Source: Bispira polyomma (Eukaryota). Taken from it: a DNA stretch of 64,000 bases. Under the pieces are notes generated by a model, which was not told where the DNA came from, ran no database searches, and saw only the letters and a list, made by a program, of their open reading frames with translations. Where the stretch lies: assembly GCA_965649765.1 (NCBI GenBank), contig OZ287761.1:3658001-3722000 (forward strand), written 5' to 3'. The stretch's first letter is position 1; each line of letters opens with the position of its first letter. Position numbers and translations under genes: made by a program. Of the stretch, positions 25,615-39,410 are shown one piece after another.

Positions 25615-26048
25615 ATTCTATAGTGAAGTATCAGTATAAGACAGGGTCAAAGTAATTACTTTATAGTCAAATATCATGTATACACAAGTTCAATGCGATC
25701 ACCTGATAATTTTATAGTCAAATATCACGTAAAGACAAGGTCAGTGACACTCACCTGATAATTTTTTAGTCAAATATAACTTATAGACGGGTCAGTGACA
25801 CCCATCTAATCGTTTTATAGTCAAATATCACTTATAGACGGGTCAGTGACGTCCACCTAATGATGTTATAGTTAAATATTACCTATATACAGGGTCAGTG
25901 ACGCTCACCTGATAATGTTAATAGTGAAATATCACTTATAGATGGGTCAGTGACACCCACCTGATAATGTTATAGTCAAATATTACCTATAGACAGGGTC
26001 AGTGGAACAATATAATTATTTTATAGTCAAATATGACTTATAGACAGG
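25615..26048. repeat. ~52-bp minisatellite, ~8 copies
   Basis: ttatagtcaaatatcacttatagacagggtcagtgacactcacctgataat. Confidence 0.9.
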
Positions 26049-27944
26049 GGTTGCAAGGGAAGATATATCTGAAATCTGACAGCATACAGCACCGAAAGTT
26101 TGTTTAAAATGAATGGTTACAAGTGTAGGTTATTTCCATGTACTCTCTCTATTCGAGTTGAGTCAGAGTCTGAGCTTGAGTTTCTTTGGAGAAATACCAG
26201 ACCCAGATGACGACTGATATACTAACTACTTGTGTGATCTTTTGACCGAAGGTAATTTTATTTTCACTGGAATTCAAATGGAATTAGGAATTAACTAGAA
26301 ATTTAATTAAAAACTTAATTTTACTCAAAACCTTTACCTTTTAAAATGCATTCTTAGCATTTGTTTTAAAAATAACCAAAACTGAATATAAATAGAAGTG
26401 AATTCTAAACTATTAAAATTTTATTTCAGCTGGTATTTTTCCCTTTATACAGTATTTTTGATAACGTGTTTTACATTTAGTTCACAAAGATTACAGGTTT
26501 TAGAGAACTGCTTACACTACAAAATGTATTCTATATACAGATACTGTGATAGATTGACCTTGATTAAAACCTCTAGCTACAACTGTGCAAATTTCTATGG
26601 GCTGAAATAAAATTTTAGATGCAGTCACAACCCCTTTAAGTCAAACCTCAAGGTTCTGAGAGAAATGCTTCTACTTAAGCAGTCTGCTATTCACTAAAGG
26701 TCTGAAGTCTAGACATTGTTGTAAATCTAGCACCAACATATACAAGATCTAAGACAAGGTCTCGGCTTAGCCTTTTTGTGCGAAGAATACCACATTGACC
26801 TACCGGAGTTCTATTTAAAAGGGGTTTTGACAGCGTATTTATCCCAACTTCATAAACTTCACCAATGCGAAGCCTACTCGAGCTTTGCTGCTTTTCAGAT
26901 CAAACAGACATGTTATAAAAAAATATGTTTTTTTAATGTGTTTGCTTCTTTCCTGTTCTTGTTTATTATTTATATAGTTCATGACTGTAATTTGTTGCTA
27001 CAAAGTTTGAGAATAGAATGTTTGTGTGTACCAGCCAGGACAAGACTGTCTTTGTTGAAAGACACTCCAAATCTACCTGTAAATTAAAGGTATTCAGTTC
27101 AGAACCCTTGAGAAAATAATAACCCTCATAGTCTGCTAAATCTCCTTATATTCAAGAAATACTATTGTTAGCTTTGACTTGTCGCCAAAAAACCCCAGGG
27201 TCAATGTTTAAAATGAAGGTCAGGATCGAATGCATCATCTTTCACATCCAGATATGGCAAAGGTCACAAAACCAAGGTCAAAGATGAAATAAGGGTCAAG
27301 ATAACTTCACAACCTTTTTCATAACAAGAGCTGCAATGTAAATCAGGAAGACAATGAGCTTTCATACCCATATATGGTAAAGGTCAATAATTTGACACAA
27401 ATTAGTAGACACTACCGCTTTCATATTTGCATCATCCAAGGAAGTTCCCTGGGTTTTTTTACCCTGACTGGATATATACTACCCCGATTTTGATTAATTT
27501 GAGTGGAGGGGCCAACGGCATTGGACAAGGAAGAAACCAATTAAATTGTGGTCCAGATCCAGATAAAGGTAAGTCAGTAGTGAGAATCAACTGTGTACTT
27601 TACTTAGTATTTACCCAAAACCTTTGGCCAATAGTTGTTTTGGTTAAACAAGTTACTCATCTACTTTTATTATATGCTGTCAGATGGCCGACTTTTGGTG
27701 ATCTAGGTCAAGTTTTCTAAACCCATGACGGAGGCGTGTGCTCTACTGAATGCTCCAGTTGTCCAATATATGTTTTATATTTTGTTTCGGAAGTACACAG
27801 AGTACTACATTAAAAGAAACTGCTCCTGCATAGATCAATATTTTCAGCATCTGAGAAATATCCTCAACGAATGTAGTGACCAATCCAAATCCTATGTCCG
27901 TAAACTGACCAAGTGGACATTGGGTTAGTTTACAATGTAGTCGG

Positions 27945-28155
27945 CTTTTACGTCAGTTTTAACAGCTTAGGTCATATCACAAGGTCAATATTTAATGGTG
28001 AAAGAAACCAGTGCTGAACCCACCGTGCAAACCACCGGCATACGGCAAGTACCTGACAAAACCTTACCACACATGAAGGAACAAAAAGGATTCAAACCCA
28101 CATTGGTGAAAGGAGACCAGTGATTGTGGAGCAGGCACTTACAACCACTAGGGCG
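27945..28155 (-). mobile_element. SINE family 1
   Basis: Matches other copies. Confidence 0.85.
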
Positions 28156-28176
28156 ACTGGACATTAGGATAAGATA

Positions 28177-28218
28177 TACAACAACATATTAAACCAATTT
28201 AAATATGAAACATTTATT
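28177..28218 (-). terminator. Candidate poly(A) site for the 30676 terminal exon
   Basis: AATAAA at 28213-28218 with a GT-rich tract (tgttgttgt) ~30 nt downstream; chance hits are common in AT-rich DNA. Confidence 0.3.
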
Positions 28219-30349
28219 TTTATTAACTCTTGTGGAAAACAGGTTTTGATATGCTATTTTTGTTTCTATTTATTTTGTTTTGATTAGAACAGAATATTTC
28301 ACAAATTATTACACAAGTCTTCTGAATTGGTTCTCACAAACACTTGTTTTAATAAACTGAATACTGAATGTTACTGCATATTAAATACTGAAGGATGCAA
28401 TATGAATATTGATGTTTCTTAAGTTAATATAGCTTTGTCATATTGTGACTGTTACCATTGTAACTACTAAAGTTCATGAAATAAACTTCTATGCAAAATA
28501 TAATTTAAATAATTACAAACTCAAAACACAGCTAGAAGCATTTAAATTTTAAGTAAATAATTTAAAACAATAATCGAAACTTAACTGCCAACAGTATTGA
28601 ACATGATAAAATAAACTAGATCAATTTTCAAGTGATCTCTAATGCTCTTACCATTCTCACGTTCCTACATAATATTATAAAATAATCATTCAACCCCACT
28701 CAGAGACAAGCAAATCGTAGACAAAAAGAATGAATATTAATAATAAATAAATCAGTTTGAAACAATCCTATCAATCATATTTATTAGTTTGCACAAGACA
28801 CATGTAAACAAAATGACAGTTTAAAGCTGTGAAGGGAAGCAGTCAAAAAGTGTTTGTTTACACGTATTTTGTGGACTAAATATCTATGTGTGAAAAAAAC
28901 CTACTATTCTGACAAGCAAACTCATAAATCGGGTTTATGACTTTCATAACGCCTGAAATTGCTCTGGTGACGGTATTCACTAACAAACTTAGTCTTAGTC
29001 TTATATCACAAACGTATACTAGATTTAAGCCTGAGACCTGGTTATGTCTGTTAGTGAATACCGCCCCAGATATTAGTTTTAACTCAATAACATCCTAGGA
29101 TATACCACACCAACTCTGAAAACATTGCACGGGCCTTAAATTAGTGTCAGGGAAGACCCTACAGAAAATAATATTCAAAAAGCTTTCCACTCCACCAGGG
29201 CTATTTTGCAAATACTTTATACTTCTATTTGTCTGGCTTATACCATGGACAGAAACCCAAGGTCAATCTCGGGTTCTAACTCAAGTGAATGTCACGTGTG
29301 GAAGTCCTTGAATATGAAAATAACCTAAACTTGTGACCATTCATTTTAATCAAGCCTTCAGTGCTGCATTCAAATATGTAGTCAGATTTGATCTATCTTC
29401 CCTCTACTGTTAGTGCGTGCGACTATTAATCTCAAGATCTGCAAGAGCCACAGTAGAAAGTGCAGCAGAACCTAGTTCTTTATAAGTCCACACTACCAAG
29501 AGATAGGGAGACCGTAATGCTTTGCTGCTCTTTTAAGATGCTTAAGTGTAACAAATACGCGTTGCTATGGTAACAGCCCATTTTTCAGTGAAAATCTTTC
29601 TGAATATAAAACACTGGTTACATATATCTCTCATATCTTGAAAAACAGTGCCTGAATTATGGCCCTCTTTCCTGTGAAAATATTTTTGAACATTCTTCTC
29701 CTACATGTCAGAATCGTGTAGTATATACTCCTATTATATTGACCGCATTAGCCCACACCTTTTGTTTGAAACAAGTTATAAACGTTTGATTCATACCACT
29801 GTAACAAGTGCTTTAGCCTTTACAAATTTGTTGCTTTCTACATAATACTTGTCAAAATGTCAAATGCAGCATCAAACTTATATAACTCAAAGATATTTAT
29901 ATATATAACAAAATCAGAGGTCTTAATATAATTGTATTCAAGGATTGTTGCCTATTTGCTACTAAAATATATTTAAACTAAAACCAAATCACCCAATTAC
30001 CAATAAATACAAGTATACTAAATAACACACACACTAACATAGAACAAAAACCAAATCGCACACATGGGCCAAAACTGAGGGGTCGTTGTTTGTTCTTACT
30101 TTCTTCATTCGTTACGTTACAGTTTCAATGAAAGGATACTTAAGTTATCATACAGTCACATATTAAAGTGACAGTCACTAAAAGATCTAGCCGATCTATA
30201 TAAGCTATAATACTTATGCTTACACACACTTTTTTCTATACTCTGCATATATAAACTAATAGAGGTACAAACTACAACTAGAAATTAAATCACAAAATGT
30301 GTGCCAAACTATATACATGTATACAGATCCAAGTATAGCCTTTAGAGTA

Positions 30350-30594
30350 CAGCAGAACCTCTATTATCCGAACATGTCGGGAGAGCTAGATTTTTGTCTG
30401 GATAAATACAAGCTTCATAACATGGAATAGCCTTTTTTTCAGTATAAAAAAAACATAAAATAAGCAGAAGTGGAAATGAGTTCGTAAAAATCAGGTATTC
30501 GGATAATATTCATATCATAATATCAAGTATTATATCATCACATGATAAGATTCATATCATCATAATAGAAGTTCGGATAATCAAGGTTCTACTG
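30350..30594. mobile_element. Same MITE family
   Basis: TIRs plus TA flanks. Confidence 0.8.
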
Positions 30595-30675
30595 TACATG
30601 TACTTTGCACTGTTCAGATTACAATACCATATCTCTATTTATCTCAATATATGTATGTAGAGCTCGTCCATTATA

Positions 30676-32909
30676 TTATTTGCCATCTTTTACAGGAGTC
30701 TTGAACTCCACATTCACTTCCGGTAGTTCCACGGTTCCAGGGACCACGGGTACAGCCTCTGTTGAGGACGTAGTAGTGGTGGTTACTAAGGTAACCGTCC
30801 CAGCGGTCGACTCTGACGATCCCGGTGCTATAGTGAACATTGCCTCAGCGTGTTCATCCCCTACTTGGTCGGTGGTTTTGATCTCCGAGCTGGTGCTTGT
30901 TTCTGTTACCACAGTGACCTGGCCATCCCGGTCTACCCCCTCCGATGTTACCATGAAAACCGTCTCACTAACTGCAGCAGCAGTTTCTGCTGGACTACCA
31001 GAGCTTGTGCTTGTTTCTGTTACTATGGTGACCTGGCCAGCCTGATCTACCTCCTCCGATGTTACCATGGTAACCGTCTCACTGACTGCAGCAGCAGTTT
31101 CTGCTGGACTACTAGAGCCTGTGCTTGTTTCTGTTACTATGGTGACCTGGCCAGCCTGGTCTGCCCCCTGTGATGTTACCAGGGTAACCGTCTCACTGAC
31201 TGCAGCAGCAGTTTCTGCAAGAGTACTGTCTGAAGTGGCACTTGCTTTAGCATCTCCACCACCTTCAGCAGTGTCCATGGTAACACCTGCTCCAATTACT
31301 GTACTACCACCGGCAAGCACATCTTCACGAGGCACCACTTGCACGAGCTCTTCCTCAACCAATTCCTGTGGCGACACCTCAGGCATATCCACTTCATCGC
31401 CACCATGGGTAACTGCCGCATCAACCTCCATCATCTCTTCTTCTTGTTGTTCTTTTGGTGCTGGAGTTGCTATGGAAACATCATCTCTTGCTACAGGTTT
31501 CTTTGCAGCTGTACCAGCTAATAGTGACCCCTTATGGAGTTCCTCTTTGGCTATTGCTGAGATAACGTCTTCCTCAACAGCAGCCATATCCAGTTGGTCT
31601 TCCTTTAATTCCGGTTGCTGTGTCTCTACCTTTGCCACCTTTACTTCCGGTTGGTCTACCTTTACTTCTGGTTGCGGTTGTTCCTCCTTCTTCGCAGCTG
31701 GTTGCTTCTCTGTTGACTTTGCCACACTAATCTCTACATCACCATCATGCATCACTTCCACAGGGATATTACCCATTATGGCCTGCGCTTCATCACTCTG
31801 CTTGCCTTTCTGCATCAGAGCCTGGATCTGGTCATGAGTCAGCTCCAGAACTTCCTTGTTGTCGGAGGTCTTCCACTGGACGTCCTTCTGCGTGGTTTTG
31901 ATCACGGTTTTGGTGGCACTCTCCTTCCCACCCACTTTCACCGTCTCCATGACGACTGTGTTGCCATCTTTTCCGACTCTCTTCATCACGGTGGTTGGTT
32001 TTGTGTCGTCTTTGGTTGCACCGACAACCGCCCTGGTCGCGTGAGAAAGCTTGCCTTCTTTGGGGAACTCCTTGCCTCCCAATTGGCTCATGTCTATCTC
32101 GACAAACTCCAGGTTCTGATTCTCCCCATCGGGGCCCTCTATCGCCAAGGTGCTTGTGAATTCATTGATCGGCCCTTCCAAAGGCATCACTAGGTCTCCC
32201 TCTTCCCCGATTTCACCCGTCACGTTCGGCTCGCAGGTTTCTTCCACTGTTGTGTCGTGTTCCCACACTTTCTTCTCGTAGCTCTTCTTCCCGTCGAAAT
32301 GCTCCATGGCAACCTCTCTTTCGCTACGTTTCTTCGTCTCGGTCACTGTGTTTTCCTCAACGTCGAATTCCGGCTGGAATTTCTTGGGTATCTTCCTGAA
32401 CTCGTCAATTTCGTCATTTTTCTTGACAATTTCTTCCTGGGTCGACACGATGCTCTCCGTAATCAGCGCCGGCTCTTTGAATATGTACACGGGCCTTTGT
32501 TTCGGCTCTTCCTCTACGATTTCCTCTTCCTCTTTGACGTACTGTATCTTGCTGGATTCTCCCACTTGGTGGCGTAGTGTTCCCACGACCATTAGGTTGG
32601 CTTCCGTGGATGCCTCGCCTCGAGGGTTTGAAGCCACGCATCTGAACGTGCCGCTGTCTTCCGGTATGGCGTTCGAGATATGCAGTTCCCATTTACCACT
32701 CTCCTGGCCGAATTTCAGCTGAAGCCGGTCGTCGAGTTTGACCTTTCCACCGTTATGGTACCAGGTTAGGCAGGGCATTGGTTTGCCGATGATGTGGCAG
32801 TGTAATATAGCCGTTTCTCCAACACTAACCTGGACTGGTTTCAGAGATTGCTTAAAAGACGGGGGAATCATGTGTATATCTGGTTGTAAGCCATAGTCTT
32901 TGTCTGGGT
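30676..32909 (-). CDS. Large exon: one Ig + ~620 aa acidic/Thr-rich unique sequence ending in a stop; probable alternative terminal exon
   Basis: acacag acceptor phase 1; 753-aa ORF; no canonical GT donor near the end; TAA at 30676-30678. Confidence 0.82.
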
Positions 32910-35669
32910 CTGTGTTGTAAAAGATAGAAAATACCAAAACTTTCCCTCAGTAAAAATGTTTATTTTTTAAACTCAGAAATATTTGGTTGCTAGGTAACTA
33001 CTAGGTTGAGATGGCATTCAAAAACTACATTCTAAAGTTAGTATTTCATTCATATTCGCAATTCACCGTAAAAAACAATTGTAATTTATGGTTCTGCGTC
33101 TGTTATCCAAAGATTTTTTCTTATTAAATCGTAGTTGTCATGCATATTAGTATTACAATCATCAGCATTTTCACTAATCTCGTTAAAGCGTAACTTTTTA
33201 AATGTTGTAAACTATCGAGGATTTGACCTTGAATATTGTCTCATAGTGAATTCGAGTTTGATGTTTATTACTGTGGAATGTTTGTTGTAGTTATGTATTT
33301 GAAGACACTACTTCGATCACAATTATGTGTCTCTTTCTTGTAAAATTTTTACTATTCATGCAATTAGTATCATGATGGGTTAGAATTTTGCACAAAGTTC
33401 TTTTATACACATTTATTAAACTAAAACTCAATCTATCGAATAATTGAGCTGCATTAATTCATTTTTAAGTATCCACCGATAGAGATAAACATTCCAAGAA
33501 TATCCATACAGAGCAAGCGTAATGGAATGGGTTTATTTTGTAAATAAAAACTAACCTCGGAGACAAGTAGCGAGCACATCACACATTCGGTCATTCTTTC
33601 GTCATGCAGAATTATTCACAGCAACTCTGCTGCTAATTCTATTCATAACACTACTTTTCACAGGCTGTAGGATGCAGTTAATCTTTGCGGTTTTCCTTTG
33701 CACACAGCATTACAAGAGACAATTTGCAAGCCACACTATAGTTACAGTTTATGTGTATAGTTAACCCTTTCAAACTCGTAGGTTGTCGGCTATTAGCCGA
33801 CGACAATCCTCACTTCCTGGGACCTATGTCTGTCTGCAAGTAGTCGACACCCCAAAAGTCTATTTCATATTATTTCAGTTCCTCACAGTGGGAAAATTGT
33901 AAGTACTTCCTTGTTTAAAAAATAATACGGGAGATTGATATTTAATGCTGGAAGTTCTGGTGTGTACTTTAGTATGACTTTAGCTTCATGGAACCTAGTG
34001 CCGCAAAATATGTCCTTCAGTTCCTGGCGTTTGTTTTCTCCCAGTCGCGAATGTGTTAATATAATCCCACAGCAGAATTGACGAGCAAAAAACAAGGAAG
34101 GAGGGAGACCTAATAAGGTGTAATAACATGGAACAAAGAAAACCTCTCATACTGTCTATTTTGTTCTTGATGCATCATCATTTTTTATAAATGTATGGTA
34201 GAGTTTTAAACTGTAGTTTTTTTCAAATGTACGGTAGCAAAAACAATCCAATTACATGGCCATCGATATTTCTGAATGTTTTTTTCTAACGTTTTTCTGT
34301 ATGGAGAAAAAATATATCATGTAACTAGTATTTATTTATTCATTTAGAAATACTGACACCCACGTATATTAACCAGAAATTTTTTTTTTTTTTATAACAA
34401 ATTGAGGAATACATTTACAATAAATGTTTCCATTACAAATTACAACATTAGGCCTCCCTGTTGAACTTTTAAGAAGATTTAAATAATGTCAACAACAATA
34501 ACACGTAAACCCTGAGAATTCTCTCCTTGACAAAAGACTATGGCTTCAACCAGTTTATCAACAATGGTCGTATATCTTGTAAATTTCTGCCTCATTATAT
34601 TATTATTCCATAGATCTGCATCAGAAATGATCGTCACCAAATCTAGCAATGTCTGTCCACAACTTTCCTCTTCTTTCCAAAACAAAAATCATCTATTTCT
34701 TTTTTTCCGTTGGTAAGAAAAAAACAAACAATTCCTTTTTCTACGCGTTTTAAATCCAATATTTTAAAGCAGTTGGAATGTGAATTCAATTCAACATTTC
34801 AAAAATCTGCTGGCAAAAAAAACAACAAAGAAACGAAAAACAGTGAAGCTCCGAAGCAAAAATGAAAAATAACACCAAAAATTGCAGAAATTATTTCATA
34901 TTCAAGTTATAAATTGTTTTTTGGAGGGGGTGTAGGTTGTGGTATTTTTTGGCGGTAAGTGTATTTTGTGTGAAATTTCCATGGATTTGATCTGAAAAGC
35001 AGCACCTCGCTAACACTATGACAAAAACAGCTTTTAAAAAGACATCTGCATCGGCAGATTCACAATAATATTACATCAGGTATATACATTTTTCGTGTAA
35101 AAAAACCCAACATTTTTCTTTGATACAGCAAGGTGTTAATAACCAAAATAGACAGTATGACAATTATAAGGCAGTTAATGAAGAAATAACAAAACGTTAC
35201 AAAAACATGTGTATATAAAAAGATATCAAAAACATGACCTCAAAAAATGATTCGCATATAGAAACAACACAGCACTGTATAATACATAAAGTGATAAAAA
35301 ACCAGGGTCCGTATTCACAAAAGGTTTTAAGTCTTAACTTAGTCTAAAGCTTAACATTTATGTCAAAAATATTTCAGACACTGCCCACTGTTTAGATCTT
35401 AGTGTGTTAAGTGGAAAGTTAACACTAAGCAATGATTTTTTCTTACTGTCACTGGGACTAAGACCAAAATCTGAAACTTTTTGGCCAAAATCAAAGACGA
35501 TGAGGTTTCAAGACTCTGACACTTTTGTGAATATGGCGGCCGCAGTTTTCACCTCGCATTTCAACTATTCATTTACACACAGAGCTTTATACAGAGAGAA
35601 AATACGTCTCATCATAAGTGACAAGATAGAGACACACACAAAGAGCTGAACGCGCAATTATAGTAGAAA

Positions 35670-35914
35670 CAGTAGAAAACCTCTATTATCTGAGATTTCT
35701 ATAATCCTAATACTTTTTTTTAAAATTTTGTTTATATTTTAATTTTATCCTTCAAATACTTGAATTGATGAATTTGTTATTATTCTCTATCAAATTTATA
35801 GTTTTTCTACAATTGTTTTGTACTAATATGCATCATTTGTATTTCACAAACCTTTAATTATCTGAACAAAATCTAATCTCGCCCAAAATGTTCAGATTAG
35901 TAGAGGTTCTACTG
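35670..35914. mobile_element. Same MITE family (also ~36869-37047, ~18395-18578)
   Basis: TIRs. Confidence 0.78.
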
Positions 35915-36036
35915 TACAATATAGAAATTATATTACTACACACTCGCTTCGCTGCATCCCTTTACAACAGAATTTAATAACACTAGTATTTTTATTAAAA
36001 CTGTAATAAAACTTTTGACCTTCAGTGAAAATGACT

Positions 36037-36258
36037 TGGGTATAACGTCGATTTCAACAGCTTTAGGTCATATCACTACGGCCAGATTCAATGGCGGAAG
36101 AAAACCACTGCTCTAGCCAATGTGTAAACCATATATCGACAGCAAGTACCTGACAAACTTTGCCACTTGAAGAAACAAACGGTAATTCAAACCCACATTA
36201 GTGAGAGGCCAGTGATTGTGAAGTAAGTGCTTCTAACCACTAGGCCACCACTGCCCTC
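36037..36258 (-). mobile_element. SINE family 1
   Basis: Full length, A and B boxes present. Confidence 0.85.
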
Positions 36259-36343
36259 CCTAATTATCTCAGCAGCCACCATAAATTTAAATACAGTAAC
36301 TTAAAGGAGAGTTCTGTATATAAAATCTCAAATAGATACTTAC

Positions 36344-36547
36344 GGACAATGACCACATTAGCTGTACAGGTGGCCTTTCCGGCTGGGTTCTCCGCCCTAC
36401 ACGAGTAGACGCCCACATCGCTCGGCTGGCCGTCCAAGATGGTGAGTGTGCAAGCACCGCTGTCGGTGTCAAAGTCCATCACATGTTTGGGGCCCGGGCG
36501 TACGGGGACCTTGTCCTTCAACCATGTGATCTGGGGCTGTGGAGCAC
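36344..36547 (-). CDS. Ig C-part (APQPQITWLKD...DVGVYSCRAENPAGKATCTANVVIV)
   Basis: taacag acceptor, C|gtaagt donor. Confidence 0.92.
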
Positions 36548-37135
36548 CTGTTAATAACAAAGGGGAATCGTGGATATATGCCACTGTGGCCTTGTGGGTA
36601 AATGCACTCACTTAGAAATGCAGAGGGCATGGGTTAAATTCCAATTGTTTGTTTCAGCACAGTATCAGAGAATTTCTACAGCAACTGACTTAATTGCGAC
36701 AACCAATAATCTGCATATCAAAATCACTATATTTCTTATTTGCATCAGTTCAGGCAAATTTTAAATATTCTAATATATTCTCTTTGAACTTTACTTAATA
36801 ATACATTACTCTATTTTTCAATGAGTATTTAAGTACTCTTTGATAGTCCCAGGTTCCACTGTATATTACCATAGAACCTCTCTTATCCGAACTTCTATTA
36901 TCCAAATATTCAATTTTGATGAAGTCATGGTTACTCTTCCCAAACATTTCTATCTTCCTATTGTGTTTCATACACAAAAGTCTCTTACTATTCTATTAAC
37001 TCGTCTATTATCTTAACAAAAAAAATCGGATAATAAAGGTTCTACTGTACATTTTTAGTGTATTTTTTTAATAAGTACTCCAAGTACCCTTTGATAAGCC
37101 CCCTAGCTTTGCACTGTATATAAATGTCAACCAAC

Positions 37136-37702
37136 CTGAGACCACTGCAGTAAAGACGGCTGATTCCGACTCCTTGACAACCTGCGGCTGGATGGGTTTG
37201 GTGAACTTTGGTGGCTGTCCGCTCTGCTTCTTCACGATCCTCTTGATGACCTTTACCTCTTTATGGTGCAAGGTGCGGTCCACCTCCGACTCCACCGCTG
37301 ACCTGATGACCTCTCGGTCACCCTTCTGGACGACCAGTCTGGTCTTGGTTTGCTGGGCAGTTTCTGGTGGCTGGACAACATCTCGCTTGATCGGTGGCGG
37401 GCTGACAGTCAGAGGAGCCTGGGTGACGTCTTGACCCGCGGAATTACGGGCCACGCACTTGAAGAGTCCCGCGTCCTCGGGTAGACAGTCCACAATCACC
37501 AGGTCGATTTTGCCTGACTGGCGGTTGTAGTTGATGACGAAATCCTCGTTCTTGTCGATGCTCTTGTCGTTGTGGAACCAAAAGATATCGGGCATGGGTC
37601 CGCCCTTGACGGTGCAAGTGAAGGTCACTTCCTTACCGTCGACTCCTGTGACTGGGCTCAGTGGGACCACGAACCTCGGAGGTTGGGCTCTGGGTTGGGT
37701 AC
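37136..37702 (-). CDS. Complete Ig + linker + next Ig start
   Basis: ORF 37068-37670; gtgtag acceptor, G|gttggt donor. Confidence 0.92.
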
Positions 37703-38403
37703 CTACACGAGGGGAAGAGAATTGAGGATATAGGTTAAAATTTGAGGATAGTCGAACCCTTTTAAGTAGAACTCTGATATAGTGGAATTACCTATTGAGT
37801 TATTTAAGGTTCTGACTGCTATATTTCGAATTAAAAGTTACTCTGTTAAGTAGAAGTTATGTTAAGTAGAACACATTTTTATGGTCCCTCCAGATTCAAC
37901 TTAACAGGGTTCCACTTTATTATCAATTACAGTGAAACATCATCATAAAGATCACCAAGAGAACCCTGTCTTTATTGACAAGTGATCTGTACATAGAGGT
38001 TGAATATTACAGCCTCTCCAAGGTCAAAATCCTAGATGACATAAACCTACACTTGTGACCATTCAATTTAATAGAGCTTTCAGCACTGAACTCCCAATAT
38101 GTAGTCAGGTTTTACTTAACTTCACCCTGGTCAGAGATATGTAGCACTTCAGAATAAACTACCTGTCACATACAGAGTTGCATTACTACCAGCCTCCCAA
38201 ATATGAAGTCCGATTTTACATAACTGTACCCTAGCCAGAGATATGGAGACTTTAGATTTGACATTTGCTTGTTATTCATTTGTAGCCACTACGATGTCTT
38301 TGTACATGGACAAATAAACCTATACTTGTGATCATTTATTTTAATAGAGCTTTCGGCACTGAATTCAAATATTTGACATATGGGGTACTTTAGTGTAACC
38401 TAC

Positions 38404-38621
38404 CTGTCACATATAACGTGGTACTACTGACAGCTTCCCCGAGGTCCGTCACGGCACGACATGTGTAGAGACCTGCGTCCTCAATGGTCACATTCTTGAC
38501 CAATAGGATTGCTTTGTTGCCCTCGTGTTTCACTGTGTACTTAGGTGAGGGTTTAATCTGCATTCCATTCACGTGCCAAGTCACCAAAGGCTGTGGGTAT
38601 GCTTCTACATAAGCCTCCAAT
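38404..38621 (-). CDS. Ig body (LEAYVEAYPQPLVTWHVNG...EDAGLYTC)
   Basis: ctgcag acceptor, G|gtaggt donor. Confidence 0.92.
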
Positions 38622-38654
38622 CTGCAGAGAGGAAAGTACATTAGGATTAAGGTT

Positions 38655-39183
38655 GGGGGAGTTTTACACATCACTTTCAACACCTTAGGTCATATTAAAA
38701 TGGCCAGTAGGAACAAGTACTGAGGCCAGTGTATTTAAATCTAACTTTTATATACATTAGGGTTTTACGTTGCTTTCAACACTTTAGGTAATGTCATGAC
38801 AGCCAGATTTAATGGTGGAAGATGCTAGTGCTGAAACCACTGTATTTAAATTTTGCTTGGGTTTTTTACATCGCTTTTACAACAGCTTTAATTAGGTGAT
38901 AGCATGACGGTCAGATTTAATTGTAGAGGAAACCAGCACTTTAAACCACCGACCCAGTTTTGATTACCTTCACCAGTGAACAAGCTTGTCATGATATGAA
39001 TTTGAATACATTTAGGTTTTTCTGTCGCTTTCAACAGTTTAGGTCATATATCACACGACGGCCAGATTCAATTGTGGAAGAAAACTATTGCTGAAGCCAT
39101 ACACGAATGAACGAACAGGGATTCAAACCCATATTGGTGAGAGACCAGTTATTGTAAAGCAGGCGCTTTAAACTACTAGGCCA
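38655..39183 (-). mobile_element. Cluster of SINE family 1: three 3' fragments plus one longer copy in tandem
   Basis: ctttcaaca..ttaggt motif four times. Confidence 0.8.
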
Positions 39184-39256
39184 AGACAAGTTCAAAGGGA
39201 CGTCAAAAACGCAAACTTAACTAAATGTAGGTGTCGCCACTGTATTCTCTACTCAC

Positions 39257-39410
39257 TTGGCTATCGCCCTCTCTCTCACTCTAATCTCAGCCTGCAGTGG
39301 TCGTGTAAACGTCGGTGCAACCTCTGTCATCAACGGCGACCTCTCTGTTCTCTTCGTCATGATCTGGACTTGCTGCGTGGATGTTGGAAGTTCAACTATC
39401 TTCTCTGTGG
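39257..39410 (-). CDS. Linker + Ig start (EVAPTFTRPLQAEIRVRERAIA)
   Basis: acacag acceptor, AA|gtgagt donor; phase 1-2. Confidence 0.88.

Noticed and set aside
34479-34685. 68-aa ORF as a transposase fragment
   Set aside because: No recognisable motif; cannot be supported without a search.
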